Source: Thiomonas sp. (GTDB lineage Bacteria; Pseudomonadota; Gammaproteobacteria; Burkholderiales; Burkholderiaceae_C). Taken from it: a stretch of DNA of 33,926 nt. The notes beneath the pieces are model-generated. The model ran no database searches, was not told the DNA's origin, and saw only the letters and a list, made by a program, of their open reading frames with translations. Made by a program: the position numbers and the translations under genes. The stretch is from contig DAIDHU010000186.1 of the NCBI GenBank assembly GCA_027451915.1, forward strand, positions 1 through 33,926, in the 5' to 3' direction. Shown here in pieces: positions 1 through 9,897 of the stretch (its first letter is position 1; each line of letters opens with the position of its first letter).

Positions 1-126
1 CTCGCGGCGCAAGCCGCGCGGCCACAGCCGATCCACCAGCACCCGGTAGCCGTCGCCCGCGTCAGGGGGCTCGTGGGCACGACGCAGGCCCAGCTTCGAG
101 GCGAGGCTTCCGCGGGAAACGCTCAT
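1..126 (-). CDS. DUF488/YeaO-family protein (5' part; runs off the window start)
   Basis: Not in the ORF track. My translation from ATG 126 gives MSVSRGSLASKLGLRRAHEPPDAGDGYRVLVDRLWPRGLRRE; DGYRVLVDRLWPRG is the YeaO/DUF488 signature. The ATG overlaps the MOSC stop (ATGA, 123-126). Confidence 0.88.
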   Translation of the reverse strand, partial: MSVSRGSLASKLGLRRAHEPPDAGDGYRVLVDRLWPRGLRRE

Positions 127-803
127 GCTCCGGCCTTGCCCTGCTCGCGCAGCCAGGCGATGCGCTGCTCGATCTTGCGCGCCCAGTTGCGCGCCATGCC
201 CGGCGCCCGCGCCAGGCGCTGCAAGGCCTCCGGCTCCGCTGCCTCGCTTTGCAGCAGCTCCAGCATGGCGTCGAGCCGAAACGCGGCCTCGCCCGGCTCG
301 ACCAGTTCCAGCGCGTCCCCGGGCGTCACGCGCCCTGTGCGAAGCACCCGGCAGTACCAGCCGTTGCGGCGGCTTTGGGCGATGGCGGCGGCCACACCCG
401 GGAAGTCGAGTTTCTCGTCGATCTTCCAGCAGGGATTGCGCGGCTGGCACACCTGCAGCAAGGCCTCGCCCAGGCGCCAGACGTCGCCCACGCGCACCCC
501 GCTCTCGTCCAGTCCCTCGCAGGACAGGTTCTCGCCGATCGCGCCCGGCCCGAGCCTGCCGGCAAGCTGGGGAAACTGCCTTTCGAGCGCCCCATGGTGC
601 CGCAGGGGGTAGACCTGCACCGCCTTGTCGGGCCCTCCGTGCACCCTGCGGTCGGCCTGCACGTCGCCGTAGAAGCCCTCGGGGCCCAGTTGCACGGGGC
701 CCGCCAGGGGCAGCTTGTAGATGCCGCTGAGCTTGCCGGAGGCCGCCAGCGGCCGCACCCCTCCCACGAAGATCCGCACCGCGACCCTGGGCCCCGCCTG
801 CAT
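123..803 (-). CDS. MOSC domain protein with C-terminal 3-alpha domain (YiiM-like)
   Basis: Motifs SGIYK, GDVQADRRVHGGPDKAV, GENL, QPRNPCWK, GWYCRVL. Start placed at ATG 803 after AAGGAG. Confidence 0.9.
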   Translation of the reverse strand: MQAGPRVAVRIFVGGVRPLAASGKLSGIYKLPLAGPVQLGPEGFYGDVQADRRVHGGPDKAVQVYPLRHHGALERQFPQLAGRLGPGAIGENLSCEGLDESGVRVGDVWRLGEALLQVCQPRNPCWKIDEKLDFPGVAAAIAQSRRNGWYCRVLRTGRVTPGDALELVEPGEAAFRLDAMLELLQSEAAEPEALQRLARAPGMARNWARKIEQRIAWLREQGKAGA

Positions 804-822
804 GTCATGGCTCCTTCGGAAA

Positions 823-1236
823 TCACCAGATGGATCGATGCACCCGTCCACGCGAGGCCTTGATCCGCGAGCGCTCCGCCTTGCCCTGCAGCCGGCGCTG
901 GCGCGACGCGAAGCTGGGCCGGGTGGGGCGACGTGTCCTCGGGGCCTGCGCCACCGAGTCCACCAGTTCCTCCAGGCGGCGCATCGCGTCCTCCCGGTTC
1001 AGCTCCTGGCTGCGATGGGACTGGGCCTTGAGCACCACCACCCCGTCCTCGGTGATGCGATGGTCGCGCAGGGCCAGCAAGCGCTGCTTCACCTCCGGCG
1101 GCAGCGACGAGGCGGCGATGTCGAAGCGCAGTTGCACCGCGCTGGACAGCTTGTTGACGTTCTGCCCGCCCGGGCCCTGGGCACGAATGGCCTTGAGCTC
1201 GACTTCTCCGGGCGCGATGGTGAAGGCTGCTGGCAT
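823..1236 (-). CDS. arfB: Alternative ribosome-rescue factor B (peptidyl-tRNA hydrolase YaeJ)
   Basis: GPGGQNVNK (GGQ motif), RSQELNRED, and a basic C-terminal tail RRPTRPS...RRL..K..RS.IK..R. Alternative start at 1248. Confidence 0.95.
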   Translation of the reverse strand: MPAAFTIAPGEVELKAIRAQGPGGQNVNKLSSAVQLRFDIAASSLPPEVKQRLLALRDHRITEDGVVVLKAQSHRSQELNREDAMRRLEELVDSVAQAPRTRRPTRPSFASRQRRLQGKAERSRIKASRGRVHRSIW

Positions 1237-1374
1237 GGCACCCGGCATGCTACGCCGCTCGACCCGGCGCCGCCCCAAGGCCCGCGAATCGCTAGCATCT
1301 CACGCACCCCGATGCGGCGAGCTTCGCCACGTCCGGGGCGCCCTCATGCTCCCACGCCACCTTCCGAGGCCGCC

Positions 1375-2055
1375 ATGCTCAAGCTCCTGATCGGCAACAA
1401 GAACTACTCCTCCTGGTCGATGCGCAGCTGGGTGCTGATGCGCGAGCTCGGCATCGCTTTCGAGGAACAGGTGGTGCGCTTCGACGGCTTCGAGCCCGAC
1501 TCCGGTTTCAAGTCCGAGCTGCGACGTGTGGGCGGCGCGGGCAAGGTACCCCTGCTCGTGGACCAGGGCTTCCTGGTCTGGGACACCATGGCCATCGCCG
1601 AGTACCTCCATGAGTCCCACCCGGGCGTGTGGCCGGCCGGATCGCGTGCGCGCGCGAGGGCCCGAAGCCTGTGCGCGGAAATGCACAGCGGCTTCGAAGC
1701 CCTGCGCTCGCGCTGCCCCATGAACGTCGAGGCCAGCCTGCCCGAGGTGGGGCGTGACATCTGGCGCGACGAGCCCGCCGTGCGGACCGACGTGGCCCGC
1801 ATCGAGGCATTGTGGAACGACGCCCTTGCCGAGCACGGCGGGCCGATGCTGTTCGGCGCCTTCAGCAACGCGGACGCCTTCTTCGCTCCCGTGTGCATGC
1901 GCCTGCGGACCTACGCGCTGCCCCTGGGTCCCGAGGCCGCGGCCTATGTGCGGCGCGTGCTCGCGCTGGCTTCGGTGAGCCAATGGACGGCGCAGGCGCT
2001 GGCCGAGCATGATTTCCGGCCCTTCGAGGAGCCCTACCGCGGCGCGCCCGGCTGA
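1375..2055 (+). CDS. Glutathione S-transferase family protein
   Basis: LLIGNKNYSSWSMRSW, GKVPLL, VWDTMAIAEYL, CAEMHSGF, FSNADAFFAPV. GAGG RBS precedes ATG 1375. Confidence 0.93.
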   Translation: MLKLLIGNKNYSSWSMRSWVLMRELGIAFEEQVVRFDGFEPDSGFKSELRRVGGAGKVPLLVDQGFLVWDTMAIAEYLHESHPGVWPAGSRARARARSLCAEMHSGFEALRSRCPMNVEASLPEVGRDIWRDEPAVRTDVARIEALWNDALAEHGGPMLFGAFSNADAFFAPVCMRLRTYALPLGPEAAAYVRRVLALASVSQWTAQALAEHDFRPFEEPYRGAPG

Positions 2056-2114
2056 ATCCGGGTCGCCGCGGCGGGGGCCGCTGTGCTGCGGCCCCCGGGC
2101 CCGGCGGCCGCGCC

Positions 2115-2945
2115 CTACTCGAGCATGGCCTGCAGCCCTTCCGTGAGTTCGACCAGTCCGGGCATGCGCGCCTCGATGGCGTCCAGGGACAGGCCCAGGC
2201 GTCGGCCGACGACCGCGGGGAAGGCGGCGGCGCGCTCCTCGGCGTCCCAGCCATGCAGCTGCGCGCGGGCGCGCCATGCGCCCAGATGCACGCAGGCGGC
2301 GGCGTCGGAGAACTCCCGTCCCTCCAGCGGCATCGGCGCCTGGCGCAACGCGACCACCATGGCCTCGGGAAAGCGCCACAGGCGCGCCAGCTCCGCGGCC
2401 ACATCCCCATGGTGGAAGCCCAGTTCCCGGCGTTCGAGCTCGGCGCGCGCGGCTTCCAGCACCGACATCCTGCGGTCCAGCGGCGCCATGGCCTCGGGCG
2501 CCGCCGAGTGCAGGTGCAGCTGGCCGATTCCGTGCATCAGCCCGACGGTGAATACCGCATCGGGCTGCGCCTGCGCCTCGGCTCCCAGCCAGCGGGCCGC
2601 GCAGGCGACGTCCAGGTTGTAGCGCCAGAAGGCCGGCAGATCCATGCCCGGGGTCTTGCGGAATGCGGCGGCCATGCCGTTGCCCAGCACCAGGTTGCGC
2701 ACCATCACGAAGCCCAGCATGCGCAAGGCATCGTCGACGGAACCGATGGTGCGCGAGAAATGGAAATAGGCTGAATTGGCCAGGCGCAGCAGCTTGGCGC
2801 TGAGCACGGGATCTGCCGCGATCTGCGCGGCCACATGGGCAAAGGAGACCTGCTCGTCGCTGAAGCTGCGGATCAGCTCCTGTGCCACCTTGGGCACGGT
2901 GGGTAGCTTGTGGGGTTGGTCCAGCAGGCTGCGCAGGGTGAGCAT
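2115..2945 (-). CDS. Stand-alone HDOD domain protein
   Basis: LPTVPKV, DPVLSAKLLRLANSAYF, IGSVDDALRMLG, GLMHGIGQL, ERRELGFHHGDV, WRFP. GGAG RBS precedes ATG 2945. Confidence 0.92.
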   Translation of the reverse strand: MLTLRSLLDQPHKLPTVPKVAQELIRSFSDEQVSFAHVAAQIAADPVLSAKLLRLANSAYFHFSRTIGSVDDALRMLGFVMVRNLVLGNGMAAAFRKTPGMDLPAFWRYNLDVACAARWLGAEAQAQPDAVFTVGLMHGIGQLHLHSAAPEAMAPLDRRMSVLEAARAELERRELGFHHGDVAAELARLWRFPEAMVVALRQAPMPLEGREFSDAAACVHLGAWRARAQLHGWDAEERAAAFPAVVGRRLGLSLDAIEARMPGLVELTEGLQAMLE

Positions 2946-2974
2946 CGGGGTTTCCGGTGGGCCTGGGTTTTCGA

Positions 2975-5275
2975 TCAGCCCGCCGGGCTCGCACGACGGC
3001 GGCCCCCGCCGCGAGCCTGCCGCGGGCCGGGCGTGGGCGCCTCCAGCGCGCCCGTCAGCGTGCGCGCCAGCGCGATCACGCGCTGCGGGTCGGCCCGCAG
3101 GGTGCCCATGAGGAATTCGATGATCTCCGAGCGCGGATTGGCCAGCGTGGGCTCGATCATCATGACGGCCGCGGCCAGCGCCAGCGCGCGCTCGCGGCTG
3201 GACCGATCGGGAAGCATGCGCTCGAGGGCGTTGAGCGCCTCGACGGGCGCCACCGCGGTGATGCGCGCCTGCTCCTTGAGCAGCCGGGTCCAGTCGATGG
3301 CCACCGGCACGCCGCCACGCCCCCGCGCGGGCAGCCTCGACAGCAACAGGGCGAGGCGCAGGCTGCGCCGCTCGAAAGCCCCGATGGAGGCCATGCCGGC
3401 CAGCACGATGCGGCACACGGCCTCGGCGAAACCGCCCTGCTCCACCTGCTCCAGCGCCTGCGCGCGAGCCTTCTCGAGCTGCTCCAGCGCGCGTGCGCGC
3501 GCCGGCTTCGCGTCGGGCTCATCGGGAGGGAACCAGCGCCCCAGCCCGGCGGGTCCGTACAGCAGGCGCGCCCAGGCCACGGTGAAACCATCGCGTTGCT
3601 CGCGCAGGCCGTCCAGGCCGGCGCGCAAGCTGGCATCGAAACGGCGCTGCGCCTCGAGCAGGGGATTGCCGGCCTGCGCGGGCTTGCGACGCGCACGAGC
3701 CTGGCGGGCGAGGCCGCGGATCGCGGGAGCCGCGGGCGAGGCGTCGCTGAGCAGCTCGCGCTGCAGACGCAGCGGGTGCAGACGCCCCAGGGCATCGCCC
3801 GCGGCGCGATTCGCCAGGGCCCGTACCCATGGGCGCAGGCAGGCCTTGTACCAGCGAGCGTTGAACTCCGAGGCCTTGGCAACGGTCGAGAACAGCGCCT
3901 CCTCCCCGCGCCCCTCGGGATTGAGCGCCAGGATGTCCTGCATGGTGCGATGCTCGTAGTGCACGCTGTAATCACCCGGCTCCAGGCTGTCCCAGCGTTG
4001 CACGTCGACTCCATCCTTGGACTGGAGCCTCATTTCATACAAGCCTGGTGGCAGGCTCTCGATCACGTCCAGGGAACTTACGAGCTGGTCGTGCTCCTTG
4101 CGCGCCACCTCGCCGCCTACAAAGATGCCGAGATGACCGACGCTTTCGTGCAGCACGTAGACGATGGTGCGACCGGCCGCCGCGATGGCGCGCTCGTCGC
4201 CCCAGGTGTCGACGATCCAGTTCAGCGCCTGCGGCACCGGAGTGATGTTGTCCCCATGCGAGGCGAACACCACCACGGGCGAGCGGATGGCGCGAAGGTC
4301 GATGGGGCGCCCGGCGTCGAGGACCTCGCCCCTCGCGAGCTTGTTGCCCACGAACAGGTCCTCGACGATGGTCTCGATCTCGGCGCCGGTCATGCGGAAA
4401 TAGCCTCCCCACCACCGCTCGAAGTCCAGGAAGCGGGGCGCTTCGCTGTCCACCTCGGACCACAGCCTGTAGTAGCGGCTCCACCAGGTGTTGGCCGGAT
4501 GGAGCTTCTCGAAATTGTCCACCAGGTGGGCGCCGTCGAAACGATCGGCCCCCAGGTCGGCGGCCAGCGAGGCCAGCCACGTGCCGCCCAGGGCGGCGCC
4601 CGCGTAGCGCATGGGATTGAGCCTGGAACTGCCCGCCCAGTAGGACAGGGGCGCGCCCACCACCATCAAGGGCCCGAACAACTCGGGTCGGGTGGCGTCG
4701 AGGGCCATCATCGCCCAGCCCGCCTGGCAATTGCCCACGATCACCGGCTTGTCCGGACAATGCGCATGCCTGGCGATCACGGCTTCCAGGAAACGCGCCT
4801 GCGCATGCATCACGTCCGACAGCGTCTGCCCCTCCTCGGGCTGCGGCCGGAAGGTCACGAAATACACCGGATGCCCGGCGCGCATGGCCACGCCCACCTC
4901 GGAATCGTTCTTGAACCCGCCGATGCCCGGCCCGTGGCCGGCACGGGGATCGACCACCACCAGCGGACGCAGGTCCTCGCGCGCCGGCAGATCCTTCGGG
5001 GGAATCACCCGCAGCAACGCGTAGTTGCAGGGACGCTCGAAGCTCGCGCCGTCGAGCACCAGCTCGTGCTCGAACTTGAGCAGCGCCGGGGTGCCGCGGG
5101 CCAGGTGCTCCCGATAGGCATTGCCCCTGTCGAGCAGGGCCTCGAAGAACAGCGCGGTGCGCTGCGCCGCATCCGTCCAGTACTCGCGCACTTCGGCCGG
5201 CGTGGCCATGCGCGCCGGGGCGGGTGCGGCGGCCGCGGCGGCTGCGCGCGGCGGGACGGTTCTGCGGGTGGCCAT
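2975..5275 (-). CDS. DUF3141-family alpha/beta hydrolase (PhaC/PhaZ-like, Cys nucleophile)
   Basis: VVVDPRAGHGPGIGGFK.DSEVGVA, lipase-box variant GNCQAG, ASHGDNITP, VGHLGIFV. Start approximate. Confidence 0.85.
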   Translation of the reverse strand: MATRRTVPPRAAAAAAAPAPARMATPAEVREYWTDAAQRTALFFEALLDRGNAYREHLARGTPALLKFEHELVLDGASFERPCNYALLRVIPPKDLPAREDLRPLVVVDPRAGHGPGIGGFKNDSEVGVAMRAGHPVYFVTFRPQPEEGQTLSDVMHAQARFLEAVIARHAHCPDKPVIVGNCQAGWAMMALDATRPELFGPLMVVGAPLSYWAGSSRLNPMRYAGAALGGTWLASLAADLGADRFDGAHLVDNFEKLHPANTWWSRYYRLWSEVDSEAPRFLDFERWWGGYFRMTGAEIETIVEDLFVGNKLARGEVLDAGRPIDLRAIRSPVVVFASHGDNITPVPQALNWIVDTWGDERAIAAAGRTIVYVLHESVGHLGIFVGGEVARKEHDQLVSSLDVIESLPPGLYEMRLQSKDGVDVQRWDSLEPGDYSVHYEHRTMQDILALNPEGRGEEALFSTVAKASEFNARWYKACLRPWVRALANRAAGDALGRLHPLRLQRELLSDASPAAPAIRGLARQARARRKPAQAGNPLLEAQRRFDASLRAGLDGLREQRDGFTVAWARLLYGPAGLGRWFPPDEPDAKPARARALEQLEKARAQALEQVEQGGFAEAVCRIVLAGMASIGAFERRSLRLALLLSRLPARGRGGVPVAIDWTRLLKEQARITAVAPVEALNALERMLPDRSSRERALALAAAVMMIEPTLANPRSEIIEFLMGTLRADPQRVIALARTLTGALEAPTPGPRQARGGGRRRASPAG

Positions 5276-5374
5276 CGCATGATCCTCGAACACGGCGCCG
5301 GGCCGTGGTCCTTCGATGTGCGCGATGGTAGGCCGCGGCACCCCGCCGCGGCAACGACTTCGGCTGCCCGGGCC

Positions 5375-6490
5375 TCAGCGCTGGCCCATGCGCGTGGCGC
5401 CGAACAGACCCTTGTGGGTGGATGGCTGGCAACGCCAGTACTGCGGCGGCGCCGCGACCTGGGCTCCCAGCGCCGCCGCGGCGTGCCAGGGCCAGCGCGG
5501 GTCATACAGCATCGCGCGCGCCAGCGCCACCATGTCGGCCCGACCCTCGGCGATGATCGCCTCGGCCTGCTCGGGCTGGGTGATCATTCCCACCGCGATC
5601 ACGGGCATGCGCACATGGCGCCGGATCTCCTCGGCGAAGCCCACCTGGTAGCCCGGGCCCACGGCAATGGCCTGCAAGGGTGACAGCCCGCCGCAGGACA
5701 CATGCACGTAGGCGCAGCCCCGACGATCCAGCTCCCCGCACAGGGCCACGCTCGACGCCAGGTCCCAGCCGCCGTCGACCCAGTCGCTGGCCGACAGGCG
5801 CAGGCCGACGGCGATGCCAGCGGGCACCGCCGCGCGTACCGCCTCGAACACCTCGAGCACATAGCGCATGCGGTTTTCCAGGGGACCGCCATAGGCATCG
5901 TCGCGCCGGTTGGACAGCGGCGAGAGAAACTGGTGCAACAGGTAGCCATGCGCCGCGTGCAGCTCGATCACCTCCAGGCCCAGGCGCGCCGCGCGCAGCG
6001 CGGCGGCCACGAAACCCTCGCGAATGCGCGCCAGGCCCGCGCTGTCGAGCGCGAGCGGCGCCGGCTCGCCGGCCCCATGGGCGATGGCGGACGGCGCCAG
6101 GCAGGGCCAGCCGCCCTCGTCGGGCCGCAGCAGCGAGCCTCCCTCCCAGAGCACGCGGCTGGAAGCCTTGCGCCCGGCGTGGGACAGCTGCACGCCCACG
6201 CGGATCGGCGCGTGCGCCCGCACGGCCTGCAACACCCTGCCGAGCGCTGCTTCGTTGGCATCGCTCCACAACCCCAGGTCGCTGGGGGTGATGCGTCCCT
6301 CGGGCTCGATCGCGGTCGCCTCCAGGAGCAGCAGCCCGGCGCCAGAGATCGCCAGTTGTCCCAGGTGCATGAGATGCCAGTCGGTGGCGCAGCCCTCGAT
6401 GGCGGAATACTGGCACATGGGCGCCACCACGATGCGATTGGCCAGCTCGAGCTCGCCCAGCCGGATGGGATGAAACAGGGAAGCGGTCAT
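5375..6490 (-). CDS. NADH:flavin oxidoreductase, Old Yellow Enzyme family (YqjM/NamA-like)
   Basis: NRIVVAPMCQYS, QLSHAGRK, IELHAAHGYLLHQFLSPLSNRRDDAYGG, C-terminal PPQY. Confidence 0.95.
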   Translation of the reverse strand: MTASLFHPIRLGELELANRIVVAPMCQYSAIEGCATDWHLMHLGQLAISGAGLLLLEATAIEPEGRITPSDLGLWSDANEAALGRVLQAVRAHAPIRVGVQLSHAGRKASSRVLWEGGSLLRPDEGGWPCLAPSAIAHGAGEPAPLALDSAGLARIREGFVAAALRAARLGLEVIELHAAHGYLLHQFLSPLSNRRDDAYGGPLENRMRYVLEVFEAVRAAVPAGIAVGLRLSASDWVDGGWDLASSVALCGELDRRGCAYVHVSCGGLSPLQAIAVGPGYQVGFAEEIRRHVRMPVIAVGMITQPEQAEAIIAEGRADMVALARAMLYDPRWPWHAAAALGAQVAAPPQYWRCQPSTHKGLFGATRMGQR

Positions 6491-6609
6491 GTCGGGTTTG
6501 GATCAGGGGAGCAGGAAATGGCGCCGGCTGGAAGGCCGCGCCTGGAGCACCCGGCCCGGCGTGCCGCGGCCGGCCTGGCTGGCGAGGGAAGGCGCGCGGG
6601 CCTGCATGC

Positions 6610-7962
6610 TCAGTCGGGAAGCCCGGTCTTCACGGTCTCGGGCAGCATCCAGGGCAGCACCAGACCCAGCAGGTAGACCAGGCCGATGATCAGCGCCGCC
6701 TGGCTGATGCCCCCGAAGGAGCGGATCAGGGTGCCGGCGATGATCGGGAACACCCAGGCGATCAGGCGCGCGGCGTTGAACACCACGCTGATGGCCGTGG
6801 AGCGCACGGTGGAGGTGAACAGCTCCACCGGATAGATGGCCATCCAGACATAGGCGCAACCCAGGGTGAAGAATCCGTTGATGGGCGCGACCACCATCAT
6901 CGCCCCCACCGTATGGGTGTACCTGTAGGTGATCACGGTGGTCACCAGGCAGCCGGCGAAGGTCAGGAACATGAACAGGCGGCGCCCGATGGCGTCGGCG
7001 ATGAAACCGGCGATCATGTAGGCGACGATGGCCCCCACGGTGTAGGAGATGGAAACCCGTGCGCCCCAGACGGGTGCGCCGGAAAGCCCCTGCGCCTTGG
7101 CCAGTCCGATGGTGAAGATGGGCAGCCAGCTCGAGATCGCCCACCAGCCCGTGGTGGTGACGATGGACAGCACGGTGGTGATCACCGTGCGGCGTCGGGC
7201 CACGGGGTCGCGGAACAGTTGCATCAGCGAGAAGGGGCGCCGCGCGTGCGCCGCGGCCGGCTCCGCCGCCTGCTCGGTCGGCCCCCAGCGCCGCGCGCGC
7301 ACGGCCTCGCGCCACTTCTCCGACTCCTCGACACCGCGACGCAGGTACAGCACGAACAAGGCCGGGAGCGCGCCCAGCACGAACATCAGGCGCCAGCTCT
7401 GCGCGCCCAGGGGATGGGTGATCGACAACACGTACCAGGCCACCGAGGCCAGCAGGGTTCCCCAGCCGAAACCCGACTGCAGGAAGCCGGCGCCCTTGGC
7501 CCGCGCCTGCTGCGGCCAGGTTTCCGCCAGCAGGGAAATGCCGGTGCTCCACTCGCTGCCCAGGGCCAGCCCGGTGAGAAAGCGCAGCGCGCACAGGCTC
7601 GCGAAACTGTCGGCGAAAGCGGTCAGGCCGGAGAACAGGGCGTACAGGAACACCGACCACAGCATCATGCGCTTGCGCCCGATGTAGTCGGCCAGCACCC
7701 CGCCGACCAGTCCGCCCAGGCCCCAGCCCAGCAGGGTGATGCCGATGGCCGTGCCCGCGTACACCGGGAAGGAGGCCAGCTGCGCCGGAGCCAGCAGCGC
7801 GTGCAGCATCGGCCCCAGCACCATGACCAGCGCGATCGCCTCGTAGCCGTCGAACACCCAGCCGAGAAATCCCCCCGTGAGCACGCGCCAGTGCATGGCC
7901 GTCAGGCCGGTGCTCCAGGGCACCGGCGCGGCTCCCAGGGTCGCTGTGTCTTTGGTCTCCAT
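6610..7962 (-). CDS. MFS transporter (aromatic-acid/metabolite:H+ symporter-like)
   Basis: About 12 hydrophobic segments, GWVFDGYE, motif A GVLADYIGRK, GLALGSEW, ADAIGRR. Strong AGGAGGAG RBS before ATG 7962. Confidence 0.92.
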   Translation of the reverse strand: METKDTATLGAAPVPWSTGLTAMHWRVLTGGFLGWVFDGYEAIALVMVLGPMLHALLAPAQLASFPVYAGTAIGITLLGWGLGGLVGGVLADYIGRKRMMLWSVFLYALFSGLTAFADSFASLCALRFLTGLALGSEWSTGISLLAETWPQQARAKGAGFLQSGFGWGTLLASVAWYVLSITHPLGAQSWRLMFVLGALPALFVLYLRRGVEESEKWREAVRARRWGPTEQAAEPAAAHARRPFSLMQLFRDPVARRRTVITTVLSIVTTTGWWAISSWLPIFTIGLAKAQGLSGAPVWGARVSISYTVGAIVAYMIAGFIADAIGRRLFMFLTFAGCLVTTVITYRYTHTVGAMMVVAPINGFFTLGCAYVWMAIYPVELFTSTVRSTAISVVFNAARLIAWVFPIIAGTLIRSFGGISQAALIIGLVYLLGLVLPWMLPETVKTGLPD

Positions 7963-8081
7963 CCTGCTCCTCCTGTGGCGGTGAGTCATGATCCCTGCGC
8001 GGCGCCAGGCTCCAACGGCGAGGGCCCTCGAGGGCGAGGGCACAGCTTAGGCGCGCCATCGCCTTGTGAATTCGAAAGTCG

Positions 8082-8112
8082 TTGACTTATCCTTAACTTC
8101 TGCTCAAGTCAA
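8082..8112. promoter_or_regulatory. Possible LysR operator in the divergent MFS/lysR intergenic region
   Basis: AT-rich patch with inverted repeat TTGACTT-N17-AAGTCAA and a T-N11-A spacing at 8099-8111, directly upstream of the lysR start. Confidence 0.4.
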
Positions 8113-8119
8113 ATCCGAC

Positions 8120-9067
8120 ATGGATCGAGCCATCAACCCCGCCCGCTTCGATCTCACCACCCTGCGGCTGTTCGTCGCGGCCGTGGAGACCGGCAGCCTG
8201 ACCCTCGGCGCCGAGCGCATGGCCCTGAGCCTGCCCGCCGCCAGCAAGCGTCTTGCCGCGCTGGAAAGTCATATCGGCAGCGTTCTGCTGCAACGCAGCA
8301 AGAAGGGCGTGACTCCCACCGCCCCGGGCCTGACCTTCCTGCGCTACGCCATCGGCATCGTGGCCGGCACCGAGCAACTCTCGATGGCCATGATCGACTA
8401 CCACCGGGGCGCCGGCGGACACCTGCGCCTGTGGGCCAACACCTCGGCCTTCACGGGATTCCTGCCCCAGTTGCTGGCACGCTACTCGGCCGCCTACCCG
8501 GCGGTGATGCTCGACCTGGAAGACGCCCTCAGCGAGGAAGTCGTGCGCGCGGTGACCCGGGGCAATGCCGAGCTGGGCGTCATCGGCAACAACACGCCCC
8601 TGGGCGAGCTGCACTCGCTGCCTTGCGACAGCGACGAACTCATGCTGGTGCTGCCCGCCGCGCATGCGCTGGCCGGGCGCGACCTGGTGCCGGTCGAGGA
8701 GGTGCTGGAACACGACATCGTCGGCCTGAGCCGCGCCACCTCGCTGATGCGCCAGGTGGCCTCCGCCGCCGCCGCCAAGGGCCTGAGCCTGCGCATCCGG
8801 GTGCAGGTACGGGGCTTCGATGAGGTCTGCCGCATGATCGCGGCCGGCCTGGGCATCGGCATCCTGCCCAGCGCCGGTGCCGCGCCACACGTCAAGTCCA
8901 TGGGTCTGGCACTGCGACGCCTTGGCGGCATGCCCACGCGCCGCGGGCTGCTGCTGGTCATGCGCGACGAAGCCGCGCTGTCGGCGCCGGCCAGCGCCTT
9001 CGTGCGCATGGCGCGCGAACGCTGCGCGGGCTGCGGGTACGCGGACGATCCCGCGCACGGGGACTGA
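8120..9067 (+). CDS. LysR-family transcriptional regulator
   Basis: N-terminal HTH FDLTTLRLFVAAVETGSLTLGAERMALSLPAASKRLAALE followed by a LysR substrate-binding domain. Divergent from the MFS gene. Confidence 0.95.
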   Translation: MDRAINPARFDLTTLRLFVAAVETGSLTLGAERMALSLPAASKRLAALESHIGSVLLQRSKKGVTPTAPGLTFLRYAIGIVAGTEQLSMAMIDYHRGAGGHLRLWANTSAFTGFLPQLLARYSAAYPAVMLDLEDALSEEVVRAVTRGNAELGVIGNNTPLGELHSLPCDSDELMLVLPAAHALAGRDLVPVEEVLEHDIVGLSRATSLMRQVASAAAAKGLSLRIRVQVRGFDEVCRMIAAGLGIGILPSAGAAPHVKSMGLALRRLGGMPTRRGLLLVMRDEAALSAPASAFVRMARERCAGCGYADDPAHGD

Positions 9068-9142
9068 TCGCCGAGGCTCCCGGCAAGCGCGGACCGGGAA
9101 CTCGTGGTCGCGCTGCCGGACTCCCTGCGCGCCTCGGGCCCG

Positions 9143-9886
9143 CTACATCACCTTGCCGAGAAACTCCCGGGTCCGCGGGTCCCTGGGCGCGCCGAACAAC
9201 TCCGAAGGCGGGCCATGCTCGACGATCACGCCCCGATCCGTGAAGTACACGTGGTCCGCCACCTCCCGGGCAAAGCCCATCTCGTGGGTGACCAGAATGC
9301 AGGTCATGCCCTCGGCCGCCAGTTCCTTGATGGTCAGGAGCACCTCGCCCACGGTTTCCGGATCCAGCGCCGCCGTCACCTCGTCGAACAGCATGACGTC
9401 GGGGTTCATGGCCAGCGAGCGCGCGATGGCCACGCGCTGCTGCTGCCCACCGGACATCTCGCCCGGGTAGGCATGTTCACGGCCGGACAGGCGAACCTTT
9501 TTCAGCAGCGCGAAGGCCCTCTGCTCGACCTGCCGGCGATCCTGGCCCAGCACGTGGATGGGGGCCATCATCACGTTCTGCAGCGCAGTGCGATGGGGAA
9601 ACAGGTTGTACTGCTGGAACACCATGCCCACGCGCCGGCGCAGGGCGAGCTTGTCCAGCCGCGGGTCATGCACGTCGATGTCGAACACCCGGATCGTCCC
9701 GCTGTCGAAGGGCGTCAGCGCGTTGATGCACCGGATCAGGGTGGACTTGCCGGATCCGGAGGGGCCGATGATGCAGACCACCTCGCCCTTTTTCACCGTG
9801 AGCGACACGCCCTTGAGGACTTCCGTGTCGCCATAGGACTTGCGCAGATCCTGGATGACGACGGCGGCTTCATCGGAGATGGTCAT
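9143..9886 (-). CDS. Polar amino-acid ABC transporter ATP-binding protein (GlnQ-like)
   Basis: Walker [10 protein letters not shown], signature MSGGQQQR, Walker [15 protein letters not shown]. It is the 3' end of the 9143..11506 ORF, with its own ATG at 9886. Confidence 0.93.
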   Translation of the reverse strand: MTISDEAAVVIQDLRKSYGDTEVLKGVSLTVKKGEVVCIIGPSGSGKSTLIRCINALTPFDSGTIRVFDIDVHDPRLDKLALRRRVGMVFQQYNLFPHRTALQNVMMAPIHVLGQDRRQVEQRAFALLKKVRLSGREHAYPGEMSGGQQQRVAIARSLAMNPDVMLFDEVTAALDPETVGEVLLTIKELAAEGMTCILVTHEMGFAREVADHVYFTDRGVIVEHGPPSELFGAPRDPRTREFLGKVM

Positions 9887-9897
9887 GGAATGGCAAC

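Noticed and set aside
2957-5683. Very long antisense/alternative-frame ORFs (2957..5683 +, 22653..25070 +, 15709..17967 -, 13714..15624 +, 1300..2994 -)
   Set aside because: They are shadows of real genes in high-GC DNA with few stop codons: Arg/Ala/Gly/Pro-rich and without family motifs.
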